64,000 bases of DNA from Candidatus Saccharimonadales bacterium. GTDB lineage: Bacteria > Patescibacteriota > Saccharimonadia > QS-5-54-17. Below are positions 1 to 9,049 of this stretch, piece by piece. The stretch lies in assembly GCA_040876925.1 (NCBI GenBank), contig JBBDOS010000003.1, forward strand, positions 61,207-125,206, written 5' to 3'. Position 1 is the stretch's first letter; each line of letters opens with the position of its first letter. Under the pieces are notes generated by a model. That model was not told where the DNA came from. It ran no database searches and saw nothing but the letters and a program-made list of their open reading frames with translations. The position numbers and the translations under genes are program-made.

Positions 1-3000
1 TGATCCGAGAATATCTTCGTTCTTAATGATGGACTCATAGGCTTTTGATCTACCGATAACATCATCTGACTTGATAGTTAGCATTTCCTGCAAGATATTA
101 GCTACTCCGTAAGCTTCTAGCGCCCAGACTTCCATCTCTCCAAATCTCTGCCCACCATTTTGAGCCTTACCGCCTAATGGCTGTTGAGTAACTTTGGTGT
201 ATGGTCCAGTAGATCTAGCGTGTATCTTATCGTCTATCATGTGTTTTAGCTTGTTCATGTAGATAACACCTACTGTAGTTCTCTCCTTCATAGTCTCACC
301 AGTTCTACCGTCATATAGCTGAGCTTTACCATCTTCTGGCAAGCCAGCTTTAACCAACTCTTCCTTAATAGTATCTATGGTAACGCCATCAAATGGTGGA
401 GAGCTAACCTTATACCCTAAGGCTTGGGCAGCCCAACCAAGATGAGTTTCAAATATCTGACCAATATTCATTCTCTGAGCTACACCTAATGGGTTAAGTA
501 GGATATCCATCGGAGTACCATCATCCATAAACGGCATATCTTCGACTGGTAATATTCTAGCTATTACTCCCTTGTTGCCGTGTCTACCGCCTAATTTATC
601 TCCTACAGAGATTTTGCGCATTTGTGCTACATAAACATGTATCTGGCGCAATACTCCAGCTTTAAGCTCATGTCCATCTTCTCTATCAAATATCTTAATG
701 CCGACTATCTTACCGTGTTTCCCGTTTGGCATTCTAAGAGATGAATCACGGACATCCTTGGCTTTTTCGCCGAATATAGCTCTCAGCAGTCTTTCTTCAC
801 TAGATAGCTCTTGTTCACCTTTTGGTGTAATCTTACCCACCAATACATCTCCTGGTGATACTTGAGCACCTATTATAACTACACCTTCATCATCAAGTGA
901 GGCTAGAGCTTCTTCTGAGACATTAGGTATATCACGAGTTACTTGCTCGGGACCTAGTTTGGTTTCGCGAACATCAATACTAAATTCTTCGATATGTATA
1001 GAAGTTAGGGTATCATCTTCGACTAAGCGCTTAGAGATGACAATAGCATCTTCGAAGTTGTATCCACCCCATGGCATAAAGCCAACTAGCAAGTTAGCTC
1101 CTAGAGCTAGCTCACCCTGATCAGTACTCATACCATCAGCTAATAAGTCACCTTTTTTAACTTTCTGACCTGACTCTACTACTACACGGTGGGTTATGGC
1201 TGTACCTTCGTTACTGCGCATAAAGGTGTTGAGTTTGTAGGTTTTTTGAATCTTGTCAGTATAATCAACCACTATTTCAGCAGCTGTAGCTGATCTAACT
1301 ACTCCGGCATGTTCAGCAGTAATAATATGACCGCTGTTTATAGCTACTGCAGACTCTAGACCAGTTCCAACTACTGGAGCTTGAGGATTGATTAGTGGTA
1401 CCGCTTGACGTTGTTGGTTAGAACCAGTCAACGCTCTGGTAACATTATCTTTTTCGGCAAATGGCATAAGCCCAGCCGCAGCACCAATAATCTGTTGAGG
1501 AGACACGTCCATATAAGTTACGTTATCAACGCTCTCTTCAATTGGCCTACCATCACGTCTAACAGCAACTCTATCTTCTATAAAGTAGCCTTCATCATCA
1601 ATCTCATTGCCTATGGAAGCTATAACGGTATTAACCTCATCTTGGGCGTCTAAGTAGACAATTTCTGAAGTTGCCCTGGGTCTGATAGGTACCGCTTCTA
1701 CTTTAGCTTTCTTAAGCTTAGCGATATCTGCTTTACTAAGTTTAGTGCCTTTTTTAATGACTACTTTATTGCTCTCATCTTTAATACTGTTTCTTACTAT
1801 CTCGCCGGCAGCTTCTTCTATAGGTAAATTAGTAATAACTTTCCTGTAAGGGGTCTCTATAAAGCCATAGTCATTAACTCTTGAATAACAGGTTAGATTT
1901 AGAACTAGACCTACGTTAGCTCCTTCAGGAGTTTCTATCACACAAGCACGTCCGTAGTGACTACGATGCACATCACGAACCTCAAATCCTGCTCGCTCAC
2001 GAGTCAGACCACCTGGACCAGTAGCACTAAGTCGTCTCTTGTGAGTCAACTCATCAAGTGGGTTCTCCTGACTCATGAATTGGCTTAGCTGGGAAGAAGC
2101 AAAGAACTCTCTAACGCTAGCTACTATCGGACGAGCATTAACTAGAGCTTGAGGAATTACTTCCTCTATGTCGGAGACACTCATACGGTCTTTAACGTTT
2201 CGCTCCATACGCAATAAACCAATTCTGAAAGCTCGTTGGATTAATTCACCAACCATCTTTAGACGCCTGTTGGAAAATGAGTCCATCTCATCTTCTGGGT
2301 CTTGAGTATTATTAAGTCTAATTAATTCAGTAATGATAGCTACAATATCATCTAGGCGCATAACTCTATTGTCATTATCATTAGGTACATCTAGATTAAG
2401 TCGGCGGTTGAGCTTGTATCTACCGACTTTGGATAAATCATATCTCTTAAAATCAAAGAAGACACTATCTATGAGGTTTTTAGCATTTTCAACAGTAGCC
2501 ATATCACCAGGACGCAAACGCTTATATACCTCAATCAAGGCATCACTAGTGTTTTGAGATAAATCTTTCTCTATAGTGTTTTGAATATAGTTAACTTCAT
2601 CAACATCAACACCAGCAAAAGCCTCTGATATCTGCTTGTTTGTACTTAGGCCTAACGCCCGAAGCAGGGTAGTAGCTGGTAATTTACGCTTTCTGTCTAT
2701 ACGGACAAATATTTCATCATTAGTAGTAGTTTCAAATTCTAGCCAAGCGCCACGAGCTGGATTGAGTTTAGCTCCATAGTAATTACGATCATTAATATTA
2801 TCAGCGGTGAATATAACACCCGGACTTCTAATTAGTTGAGAAACCACCACCCTATCAGAGCCATTAATAGTAAAGGTAGCTCTACTGGTCATAACTGGGT
2901 AATCACCTAGATATATTTCTTGTTCACTAACTTCACCAGTAACTTTATTGGTTAGCTCAGCCATACCATATAGCGGAGCATCATAAGTTACATTGTTCTC

Positions 3001-3234
3001 TCTAGCTTCTTCTTCAGTTACTTTAGGATCACCGAAGCGATAGTCTTTGAACTTTAAAGATAGTTTTGCACCAGTATAGTCATCGATACTACCAACTTCC
3101 TCAAATAGCTCTTTCAAGCCTTCGTCTATAAACCACTGGAATGATTTATGCTGATTTTCTAGTAAGTCTGGCAACTCTATAATCGATTTGTGTTTTGAAA
3201 AAGTAACTCTTTTGTTAGAACCCGTAAACGCCAT
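1..3234 (-). CDS. rpoB: DNA-directed RNA polymerase beta subunit (partial; C-terminus runs off the window start)
   Basis: Minus-strand translation from ATG (revcomp of 3232-3234) gives MAFTGSNKRVTFSKHKSIIELPDLLENQ..., a typical RpoB N-terminus. The GEMEVWALEAYG motif is encoded near the window start. A strong AGGAGG RBS lies upstream. Not in the ORF track because it is open at the window edge. Confidence 0.9.
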   Translation of the reverse strand, partial: MAFTGSNKRVTFSKHKSIIELPDLLENQHKSFQWFIDEGLKELFEEVGSIDDYTGAKLSLKFKDYRFGDPKVTEEEARENNVTYDAPLYGMAELTNKVTGEVSEQEIYLGDYPVMTSRATFTINGSDRVVVSQLIRSPGVIFTADNINDRNYYGAKLNPARGAWLEFETTTNDEIFVRIDRKRKLPATTLLRALGLSTNKQISEAFAGVDVDEVNYIQNTIEKDLSQNTSDALIEVYKRLRPGDMATVENAKNLIDSVFFDFKRYDLSKVGRYKLNRRLNLDVPNDNDNRVMRLDDIVAIITELIRLNNTQDPEDEMDSFSNRRLKMVGELIQRAFRIGLLRMERNVKDRMSVSDIEEVIPQALVNARPIVASVREFFASSQLSQFMSQENPLDELTHKRRLSATGPGGLTRERAGFEVRDVHRSHYGRACVIETPEGANVGLVLNLTCYSRVNDYGFIETPYRKVITNLPIEEAAGEIVRNSIKDESNKVVIKKGTKLSKADIAKLKKAKVEAVPIRPRATSEIVYLDAQDEVNTVIASIGNEIDDEGYFIEDRVAVRRDGRPIEESVDNVTYMDVSPQQIIGAAAGLMPFAEKDNVTRALTGSNQQRQAVPLINPQAPVVGTGLESAVAINSGHIITAEHAGVVRSATAAEIVVDYTDKIQKTYKLNTFMRSNEGTAITHRVVVESGQKVKKGDLLADGMSTDQGELALGANLLVGFMPWGGYNFEDAIVISKRLVEDDTLTSIHIEEFSIDVRETKLGPEQVTRDIPNVSEEALASLDDEGVVIIGAQVSPGDVLVGKITPKGEQELSSEERLLRAIFGEKAKDVRDSSLRMPNGKHGKIVGIKIFDREDGHELKAGVLRQIHVYVAQMRKISVGDKLGGRHGNKGVIARILPVEDMPFMDDGTPMDILLNPLGVAQRMNIGQIFETHLGWAAQALGYKVSSPPFDGVTIDTIKEELVKAGLPEDGKAQLYDGRTGETMKERTTVGVIYMNKLKHMIDDKIHARSTGPYTKVTQQPLGGKAQNGGQRFGEMEVWALEAYGVANILQEMLTIKSDDVIGRSKAYESIIKNEDILGS

Positions 3235-3284
3235 TACACCTCCTGTGTTTAAAGACTTTAGTTGATAGTTAATTTAATAATCAC

Positions 3285-3328
3285 AAAAAAACCTACTTAA
3301 AAGATTAATTTAAAAAATATTTAAGTAG
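3285..3328 (-). terminator. Putative intrinsic terminator downstream of clpP
   Basis: Hairpin CTACTTAAA-N18-TTTAAGTAG. On the minus-strand RNA it is followed by GG-UUUUUUU. The stem is AT-rich and therefore weak. Confidence 0.4.
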
Positions 3329-3493
3329 CTTTTATTTATAGTGGTTTTTAGAGGGTCTTCTAAGCCAAGAAATGCTCAAACTGGCAATATTCTGCCTCAT
3401 TTAAGTCTAGATTATGCACGCTATATCTTGCAGTGTCAACAATTTACGTGATTTTTTATATATTTAATATAAGTTTAAAGAGTATTAACTAAA

Positions 3494-4102
3494 CTATTTC
3501 GGACTATCGATAATCTTATCAATCACACCATACTTCTTGGAATCTTCGGCGCTCATCCACTTATCTCTATCCATATCATTAGCAATAGTTTTAACAGTCT
3601 TGCCGGTATCTTTAGCAAATACATCAATTAGTTCTTCTTTGAGTCTAATAACTTCTTTAGCGCTAATCTCTATATCAGAAGCACTACCTTCATAGCCACT
3701 ACTAGGTTGATGGATCATTACTCTAGAATGAGGTAGAGAAAATCTCTTACCTTTAGTGCCACCAGCTAAAAGTATAGCCCCCATAGAGGCCGCCATACCG
3801 ACACAGATAGTAGAAACATCTGGCTTGACTAATTTCATAGTGTCATAGATAGCCATACCGGCACTAACACTACCACCAGGGCTATTGATATATATCTTAA
3901 TATCTTTCTTGGGGTTCTCACTCTCTAGATATAGCAACTGAGCAATGACTAAATTAGCTGTCGTGTCATCAGTAGCTGAGCCGAGGAAAATGATGTTTTC
4001 TTTCAGTAGGCGAGAATAGATATCATAGGCCCTCTCACCGTAATGAGTTTTTTCTAGGACTGTAGGGATCAATATTTGGTTGCTCACCTGATTATCGTTC
4101 AT
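3494..4102 (-). CDS. clpP: ATP-dependent Clp protease proteolytic subunit
   Basis: 202 aa. Carries the ClpP catalytic-region motifs (..[14 protein letters not shown].., RVMIHQPS..). Confidence 0.92.
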   Translation of the reverse strand: MNDNQVSNQILIPTVLEKTHYGERAYDIYSRLLKENIIFLGSATDDTTANLVIAQLLYLESENPKKDIKIYINSPGGSVSAGMAIYDTMKLVKPDVSTICVGMAASMGAILLAGGTKGKRFSLPHSRVMIHQPSSGYEGSASDIEISAKEVIRLKEELIDVFAKDTGKTVKTIANDMDRDKWMSAEDSKKYGVIDKIIDSPK

Positions 4103-4121
4103 GAGGTATATTCTAAACTAA

Positions 4122-4148
4122 TTAGCACTCTCAAATCAAGAGTGCTAA
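4122..4148. promoter_or_regulatory. CIRCE operator (HrcA binding site) upstream of clpP
   Basis: Exact match to the consensus TTAGCACTC-N9-GAGTGCTAA (TTAGCACTCTCAAATCAAGAGTGCTAA). It lies 20 nt upstream of the clpP start. Confidence 0.8.
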
Positions 4149-4169
4149 CATGAATTTTCTAAAAAACCA

Positions 4170-5447
4170 CTAGGCTTTAGTAGCTAACTCTACTAGGTGT
4201 TGAACAGTTTTCTCAGCTAACATCTGTGAAGCTATTTCTCTACGTACTGATGGTTCTTGTAGTTGCTTTTGGATAGACTCATCTTGATACTGTCCAGCTA
4301 TAACCTGCATTCTAACTTCTAACTCCTCGGAAGTGACTTCTAACTTTTCCTGGTTAGCAACTTCTGTTAGAACTAGAGCTGTTTTAACCCTATTTTGAGC
4401 TTGTTCAGCTATGGACTTATCTAATTCTTCAGCTGTTTGCTTAGTTTCTTTGAGATAGTCTTCCTTACTGGCATCTTTTTCTTGTAATTGTTGCTCTAGG
4501 TCTTCGTTCAATCTTTGAACTTCCTGCTCAATCATGGCTTCTGGTATTTCAACTTTAGCCTTATCAACCACTTTCTGGACTACTTTGTTTTCTAGCTCAC
4601 GTTGAATATTCTTCTCTTTTTCTGACTTTAAATGAGCAGCTACATCTTCTTTAAGGCTGGCTAAGTTCTCAAACGGTCCAGCATTTTTAGCAAATTCATC
4701 ATCTAATTTAGGTGGAGTGAGTTTTGATACTTTATTAACCTTAATCTCAAATTCAACTTCTTGCCCGGCTAGAGGTCTTTCAGCATAATCATCTGGAAAC
4801 TTAATCTTGAACTTCTTCTCATCATCGGCTTTTAGGCCAACTATCTCTTTTTCAAATCCTGGTATAAAGCGGTCACTGCCAATAACTAGTGGGTATCCTT
4901 CAGCCTTAGCGCCTGGCACTTCTTTACCATCTTTCTTGCCCGTAAAGTCAACCTCTACCTCATCACCTTCTTTAGCTGCGCGCTTGACTTCTTCACGTTT
5001 AGCTAGGCGATCTTGCAGCGAAGCTATGACTTGATTTACTTCCTCATCCTCAACTTTGACCTCTTCTGACTTTTCTTTGATCTTCTTATAATCACCTAGG
5101 GTGACTTCTGGTATAACACCTACTTCTATCTCTACCTCTAGTTCGGTGTATGGTACAAACTTCTTGACACTAACATGTGGATTGCTAATTGGACGTAAAT
5201 CATGCTCTTCAATGCTTTGCTTGTAGAGTTTCTCAACAATAGCATCTAGTGCCTCTGTCTGAACTTGATCAGCACCAATCTCCCTATCAATGACATCATT
5301 AGGTGCTTTGCCAGGTCTAAAACCTTTAGCAGTAACACTACTACGCAATTTATTGTAGGTGTTTTTGACACTCAGCTCCATATCAGCTTTATCAGCTGTA
5401 ATTATTAGAGTTACCTCGTTGCCATCTTTATTTATTGTTGTCTTCAT
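4170..5447 (-). CDS. tig: Trigger factor
   Basis: 425 aa. N-terminal ribosome-binding region ...AKGFRPGKAP..., a central PPIase-like region and a long acidic coiled C-terminus. Confidence 0.88.
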   Translation of the reverse strand: MKTTINKDGNEVTLIITADKADMELSVKNTYNKLRSSVTAKGFRPGKAPNDVIDREIGADQVQTEALDAIVEKLYKQSIEEHDLRPISNPHVSVKKFVPYTELEVEIEVGVIPEVTLGDYKKIKEKSEEVKVEDEEVNQVIASLQDRLAKREEVKRAAKEGDEVEVDFTGKKDGKEVPGAKAEGYPLVIGSDRFIPGFEKEIVGLKADDEKKFKIKFPDDYAERPLAGQEVEFEIKVNKVSKLTPPKLDDEFAKNAGPFENLASLKEDVAAHLKSEKEKNIQRELENKVVQKVVDKAKVEIPEAMIEQEVQRLNEDLEQQLQEKDASKEDYLKETKQTAEELDKSIAEQAQNRVKTALVLTEVANQEKLEVTSEELEVRMQVIAGQYQDESIQKQLQEPSVRREIASQMLAEKTVQHLVELATKA

Positions 5448-5472
5448 ATCCAGTCTCCTAGACTATCACACA

Positions 5473-6753
5473 TTAGCTGAGCTTCTCAATGATAAAGTCA
5501 ATATCTCCACGTTCTTCATCACCACTAGCTAGATGTTTGAGAGCATAATCTTTTGATATAGCCTCTTTATCACCGACTACAATCACGTAGGCAATAGCTT
5601 TTTTATCAGCTGCTTTCACCTTATTACCCACCTTCTTATCAGTTAAATCAGTAGCTGTATTAATACCAGATTGCCTTAGCTTAGTAGCTAGCTCATCAGC
5701 TGCTTCTATTTGATCGCTATCTAGAGATATAACTACAACTTTGGTACTAGAAGTCAGCTTAGGCTCTAGGTTATGAACTTTTAAGAAGTCGGCCATGATA
5801 ACATCCCCCATACCAAAACCAACTGCCGGTATGCGCGGCGCTTTAAATATCGACATCAAATCATCATAGCGGCCACCTCCCGCTATAGAGCGAGAGTTAT
5901 CTGGGTTAGTGTCAAAAACCTCAAAGACTATACCGGTATAGTAATCGAAGCCTCTTTGGATAGTTAGGTCAAAGCGAATGTTATTGATATCCCTAGCAGT
6001 TAAAAGTTTACCTAATCTAGCTAAATCTTGAGCCGGCTCACTCTCTAATAGGTCGTTTGGTAAATCACGGAGCTTAGTAGTGCGTATGAGATCTAGAAAA
6101 GTATTTAATTTATCACCTAGTATAGCATCGGCCTGATTAATAAAGGCCTCATCACTCATCTTGCCTTTACGATCTAGCAACTTAGTGAGCCTATGAGATA
6201 CATCAACTCCCATTGATAGATACTCGCCGAAAATATAGCTCATTAATTCTCTGCTATTTAGCCTGATCTGGAACATATCATCATCAGCACCAAACTCATG
6301 CATCAAATCATGCAGTAAGGTTATAACCTCTAATTCAGCTGAAATATCTTCTACACCTAATATGTCGACATTGAACTGCCAGTGTTCACGCAGGCGTCCT
6401 GATTGTGGTCTCTCGTAGCGCCAAAGATTAGGTGTAGAGTACCAGCGGATAGGAGTAGCTAGCTCCTGAGATCTAGCTGCTACCATTCTAGCTAGTGTGG
6501 GAGTAATCTCTGGTCGGATAGTTACATCTCTACCACCACGATCTTTAAAGCTATATGTCTGTTCTTCAACTATCTCTTGACCGGTTTTGGCTCTATACAG
6601 ATCAGTAAATTCTAGTATAGGGCCATCGTATTCTTCATAGCCATAGCGCTGAGCTATCAACGCCCAGGTATCGAATATATGACGCTGCAGGCGCATATCT
6701 TCAGGATAGAAATCCCTGGCCCCTTTATAGTTTTGTGTGGATAAGCTTGCCAT
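5473..6753 (-). CDS. hisS: Histidyl-tRNA synthetase
   Basis: 426 aa. Class II aaRS motifs (..RDFYPEDM.., ..GGGRYD..) and a C-terminal anticodon-binding domain. Confidence 0.9.
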   Translation of the reverse strand: MASLSTQNYKGARDFYPEDMRLQRHIFDTWALIAQRYGYEEYDGPILEFTDLYRAKTGQEIVEEQTYSFKDRGGRDVTIRPEITPTLARMVAARSQELATPIRWYSTPNLWRYERPQSGRLREHWQFNVDILGVEDISAELEVITLLHDLMHEFGADDDMFQIRLNSRELMSYIFGEYLSMGVDVSHRLTKLLDRKGKMSDEAFINQADAILGDKLNTFLDLIRTTKLRDLPNDLLESEPAQDLARLGKLLTARDINNIRFDLTIQRGFDYYTGIVFEVFDTNPDNSRSIAGGGRYDDLMSIFKAPRIPAVGFGMGDVIMADFLKVHNLEPKLTSSTKVVVISLDSDQIEAADELATKLRQSGINTATDLTDKKVGNKVKAADKKAIAYVIVVGDKEAISKDYALKHLASGDEERGDIDFIIEKLS

Positions 6754-6852
6754 TAGTTTAATAATACAGTAGTTAGAGGTAAAAGGGCAAAAACCTAGTT
6801 AGGTTAATATTAATTATCAGACTTTTAAGTATGCTATATAGAATCACTTCTA

Positions 6853-6939
6853 TGGTGCCGCGGGAGAGACTCGAACTCTCACGAGTATTACCTCACTAGG
6901 TCCTAAACCTAGCGCGTCTGCCAATTCCGCCACCGCGGC
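6853..6939 (-). tRNA. tRNA-Leu(UAG), type II with long variable arm and encoded CCA
   Basis: Hand-folded cloverleaf: 7-bp acceptor stem GCCGCGG/CCGCGGC, 3-bp D stem, anticodon stem CTAGG/CCTAG with loop TT-TAG-GA, variable arm TGAGGTAATACTCG, T arm GAGAG-TTCGAGT-CTCTC, discriminator A and CCA. Confidence 0.85.
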
Positions 6940-7051
6940 ACATATTCATAAGGTAGGTTTTTAAGGTAGTTCTTTTAGCACCTGTGATTATACCAGTAAA
7001 TTAAACTAATATTAAAGAGGTTTATCTATATATCTTGATATAAAAAGTTAT

Positions 7052-7579
7052 TTATTGACATAAATAGATAGAAATAACACTTTCTCCGTATCTACGACTA
7101 CGCACTAACTCCATATTATCCAGCTCTATAGGCTCTATTCTTCTACTGTGTTTGAGAACCAAAACTCTCTTACTGTGAGTGGCTAACTCTTTAATATTCT
7201 CTTCGTTAAACTTATCAAACGGTGGATCGGCAAAAACTATATCGAAACTATTACCACCTATATTATTCTCTAGCCAGTCAGTAACATCTTGATGAACTAC
7301 TTCTACTCTACCGGCTACACTTAAGTTTTGAATATTATTAGTAATTGACGTAATAGCTTCTTTGGAGCTATCTATAGCTACGGCGCTTTTAGCTCCTCTA
7401 CTAATAGTCTCTAAGCTTAAACTCCCACTACCAGCATAAGCATCCAGTACTCTTAAATCCGACACATCACCTAGCATATTAAAGAGAGCTTCGCGGGCCT
7501 TATCAGTAATCGGTCTGGTTAAATCGCTATCTGGAGCATTAATAATTCTGCCTTTAAATTCGCCACCTACTATTCTCAT
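7052..7579 (-). CDS. rsmD: 16S rRNA (guanine966-N2)-methyltransferase RsmD family
   Basis: 175 aa. SAM-binding motif ..VLDAYAGSGSLSLE.. and DPPF motif (..FADPPF..). Confidence 0.8.
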   Translation of the reverse strand: MRIVGGEFKGRIINAPDSDLTRPITDKAREALFNMLGDVSDLRVLDAYAGSGSLSLETISRGAKSAVAIDSSKEAITSITNNIQNLSVAGRVEVVHQDVTDWLENNIGGNSFDIVFADPPFDKFNEENIKELATHSKRVLVLKHSRRIEPIELDNMELVRSRRYGESVISIYLCQ

Positions 7580-8385
7580 TACTTACTCACCCCAGCTTCT
7601 TCAGCTGCTAATACCCAAATAATAGCTAAGGTCTCAATAGTTATTGGGGCTAACTCTTTTCTAGAAGTTCTAGCTAGCCAAACTGTCCAGCTGGTTCGAT
7701 AAAACCTATCATACATCTTCAACTCATGTATCTTGGCTGCCTGCTGCTTGAAGAAGTCAACTAAACCTAGAGCTCTAGCTAATTCTAGACTCTCATTATC
7801 TAATTTAGTATCAAAGTTACCGGTAATAACAGCTGCTGCTACCCCTGCCTCAAAATGTATGTGGGTAGAGAGCAAGCCTTTGTTACCCCACATTCGCCAA
7901 TTACCCTTAACTAGTTGCCGCTTATTAATTCCCTGCAGCAGTATCTTGTGTCTACGTTTGAAAAATTTCTGCTGAGATGTTCTATACATCAACTCTAATT
8001 CTTGTTCATATGGATAGTGGTGAGCTGGGGTTAGACCATCAACCACTACATGGGCTAGCCAGGAAGCTTCAAAAGCAGCTCTCACCCTATCACCCTCTTT
8101 AAGCGCATTAATCAGTAGGTCGTAATGGTTAATTAGATGGTCAATCAGTGGCCCTTCACCTGATTCAGGATCATAGAAGTGGCTAGGCTCATCATATCTA
8201 TGAGGAGACTTGACCTTGATTCCATCTGGTCCATTGTATCCTTCAAAGTGCTGGATACTCTTTAGGTCTGGAAATATATCCATATCTATATATGGCTTAA
8301 CCTTTCTATAGGCTGCCTTATTAAACTTCTGATGTACCCCTATGAGATTGAGGGTATATTTGGGTGTTACAAAACCGGCATACAT
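7579..8385 (-). CDS. Zinc-dependent phospholipase C / S1-P1 nuclease superfamily protein
   Basis: 268 aa. HFYDPESG matches the PLC 'HFWDPD' zinc-site motif and AHVVVDGLTPAHH matches the alpha-toxin 'HYFGDIDTPYH' motif. No signal peptide. Its stop shares a nucleotide with the rsmD start. Confidence 0.5.
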   Translation of the reverse strand: MYAGFVTPKYTLNLIGVHQKFNKAAYRKVKPYIDMDIFPDLKSIQHFEGYNGPDGIKVKSPHRYDEPSHFYDPESGEGPLIDHLINHYDLLINALKEGDRVRAAFEASWLAHVVVDGLTPAHHYPYEQELELMYRTSQQKFFKRRHKILLQGINKRQLVKGNWRMWGNKGLLSTHIHFEAGVAAAVITGNFDTKLDNESLELARALGLVDFFKQQAAKIHELKMYDRFYRTSWTVWLARTSRKELAPITIETLAIIWVLAAEEAGVSK

Positions 8386-8582
8386 AAATAGTTGTTCCTA
8401 AAAACCTTCTTACTGATTGATTTATTTAAGTTATTTAAACTTATACTTAGATATTTATTATTAAAAATATTGGTATGTATATGATTATAGCAGTATAGAA
8501 TAGATGCCTTACTTACGATGCATACAGTATACAGGCTGCATTTAGACTAATAACTCTCCCTTGACTCATATAAGATTAAACC

Positions 8583-8792
8583 CTACAGCCCAAAATCTTC
8601 AACACTAAGCCTAGCTAACTTTGCAATACTTCGGATTGTGCCTTTCTTAAGTTCTTTGTGTAATGGAACTACAGTAGTAAGCTTGCCAGTTGTGGTTTGC
8701 TTTGTGAGTACAACATGTGAACCTCGTTGACGCGCAACAACAAAGCCGTCTTTTGATAGTATTTTGACTGCTTCTTTGCCACTAATCGGCAT
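8583..8792 (-). CDS. hicA: HicA-family mRNA interferase toxin
   Basis: 69 aa. HicA-like ..ILSKDGFVVARQRGSHVVL.. motif. Confidence 0.7.
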   Translation of the reverse strand: MPISGKEAVKILSKDGFVVARQRGSHVVLTKQTTTGKLTTVVPLHKELKKGTIRSIAKLARLSVEDFGL

Positions 8793-8798
8793 GGTTTA

Positions 8799-9008
8799 TT
8801 AGATTGTTACTGTTGTTAGAAATGTTGGATTAGTAGTGTTGGTTGTTCCGTCGGTAGAAGTCTCTTCAAAATATAGCTCTAGAGCTTCTTTGAGGTTTGC
8901 TAGCGCTTGATCGAGTGTGTCGCCTTGACTTGCGACATTAGTATCAGGATTGAGGGCAACAAAACCTCCATCTTCTTCAGTGATAATAGCAGATAGTGTC
9001 TTATTCAT
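8799..9008 (-). CDS. hicB: HicB-family antitoxin (UPF0150-like)
   Basis: 69 aa acidic protein immediately upstream of hicA, with the short HicB fold signature (..GGFVALNPD..). Confidence 0.6.
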   Translation of the reverse strand: MNKTLSAIITEEDGGFVALNPDTNVASQGDTLDQALANLKEALELYFEETSTDGTTNTTNPTFLTTVTI

Positions 9009-9049
9009 AGTGCTTATAATTATAGCATGTGCTCAAAGAATACGCATAT

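Noticed and set aside
1405..2557. Plus-strand ORFs 1405-1653 and 2333-2557
   Set aside because: Antisense to rpoB, low-complexity translations, no RBS.
4807..5034. Plus-strand 75-aa ORF
   Set aside because: Lies antisense within tig; Ser/Pro/Leu-rich, as expected from antisense of a Glu/Lys-rich gene.
7733..7975. Plus-strand 80-aa ORF
   Set aside because: Antisense inside the PLC-like gene.
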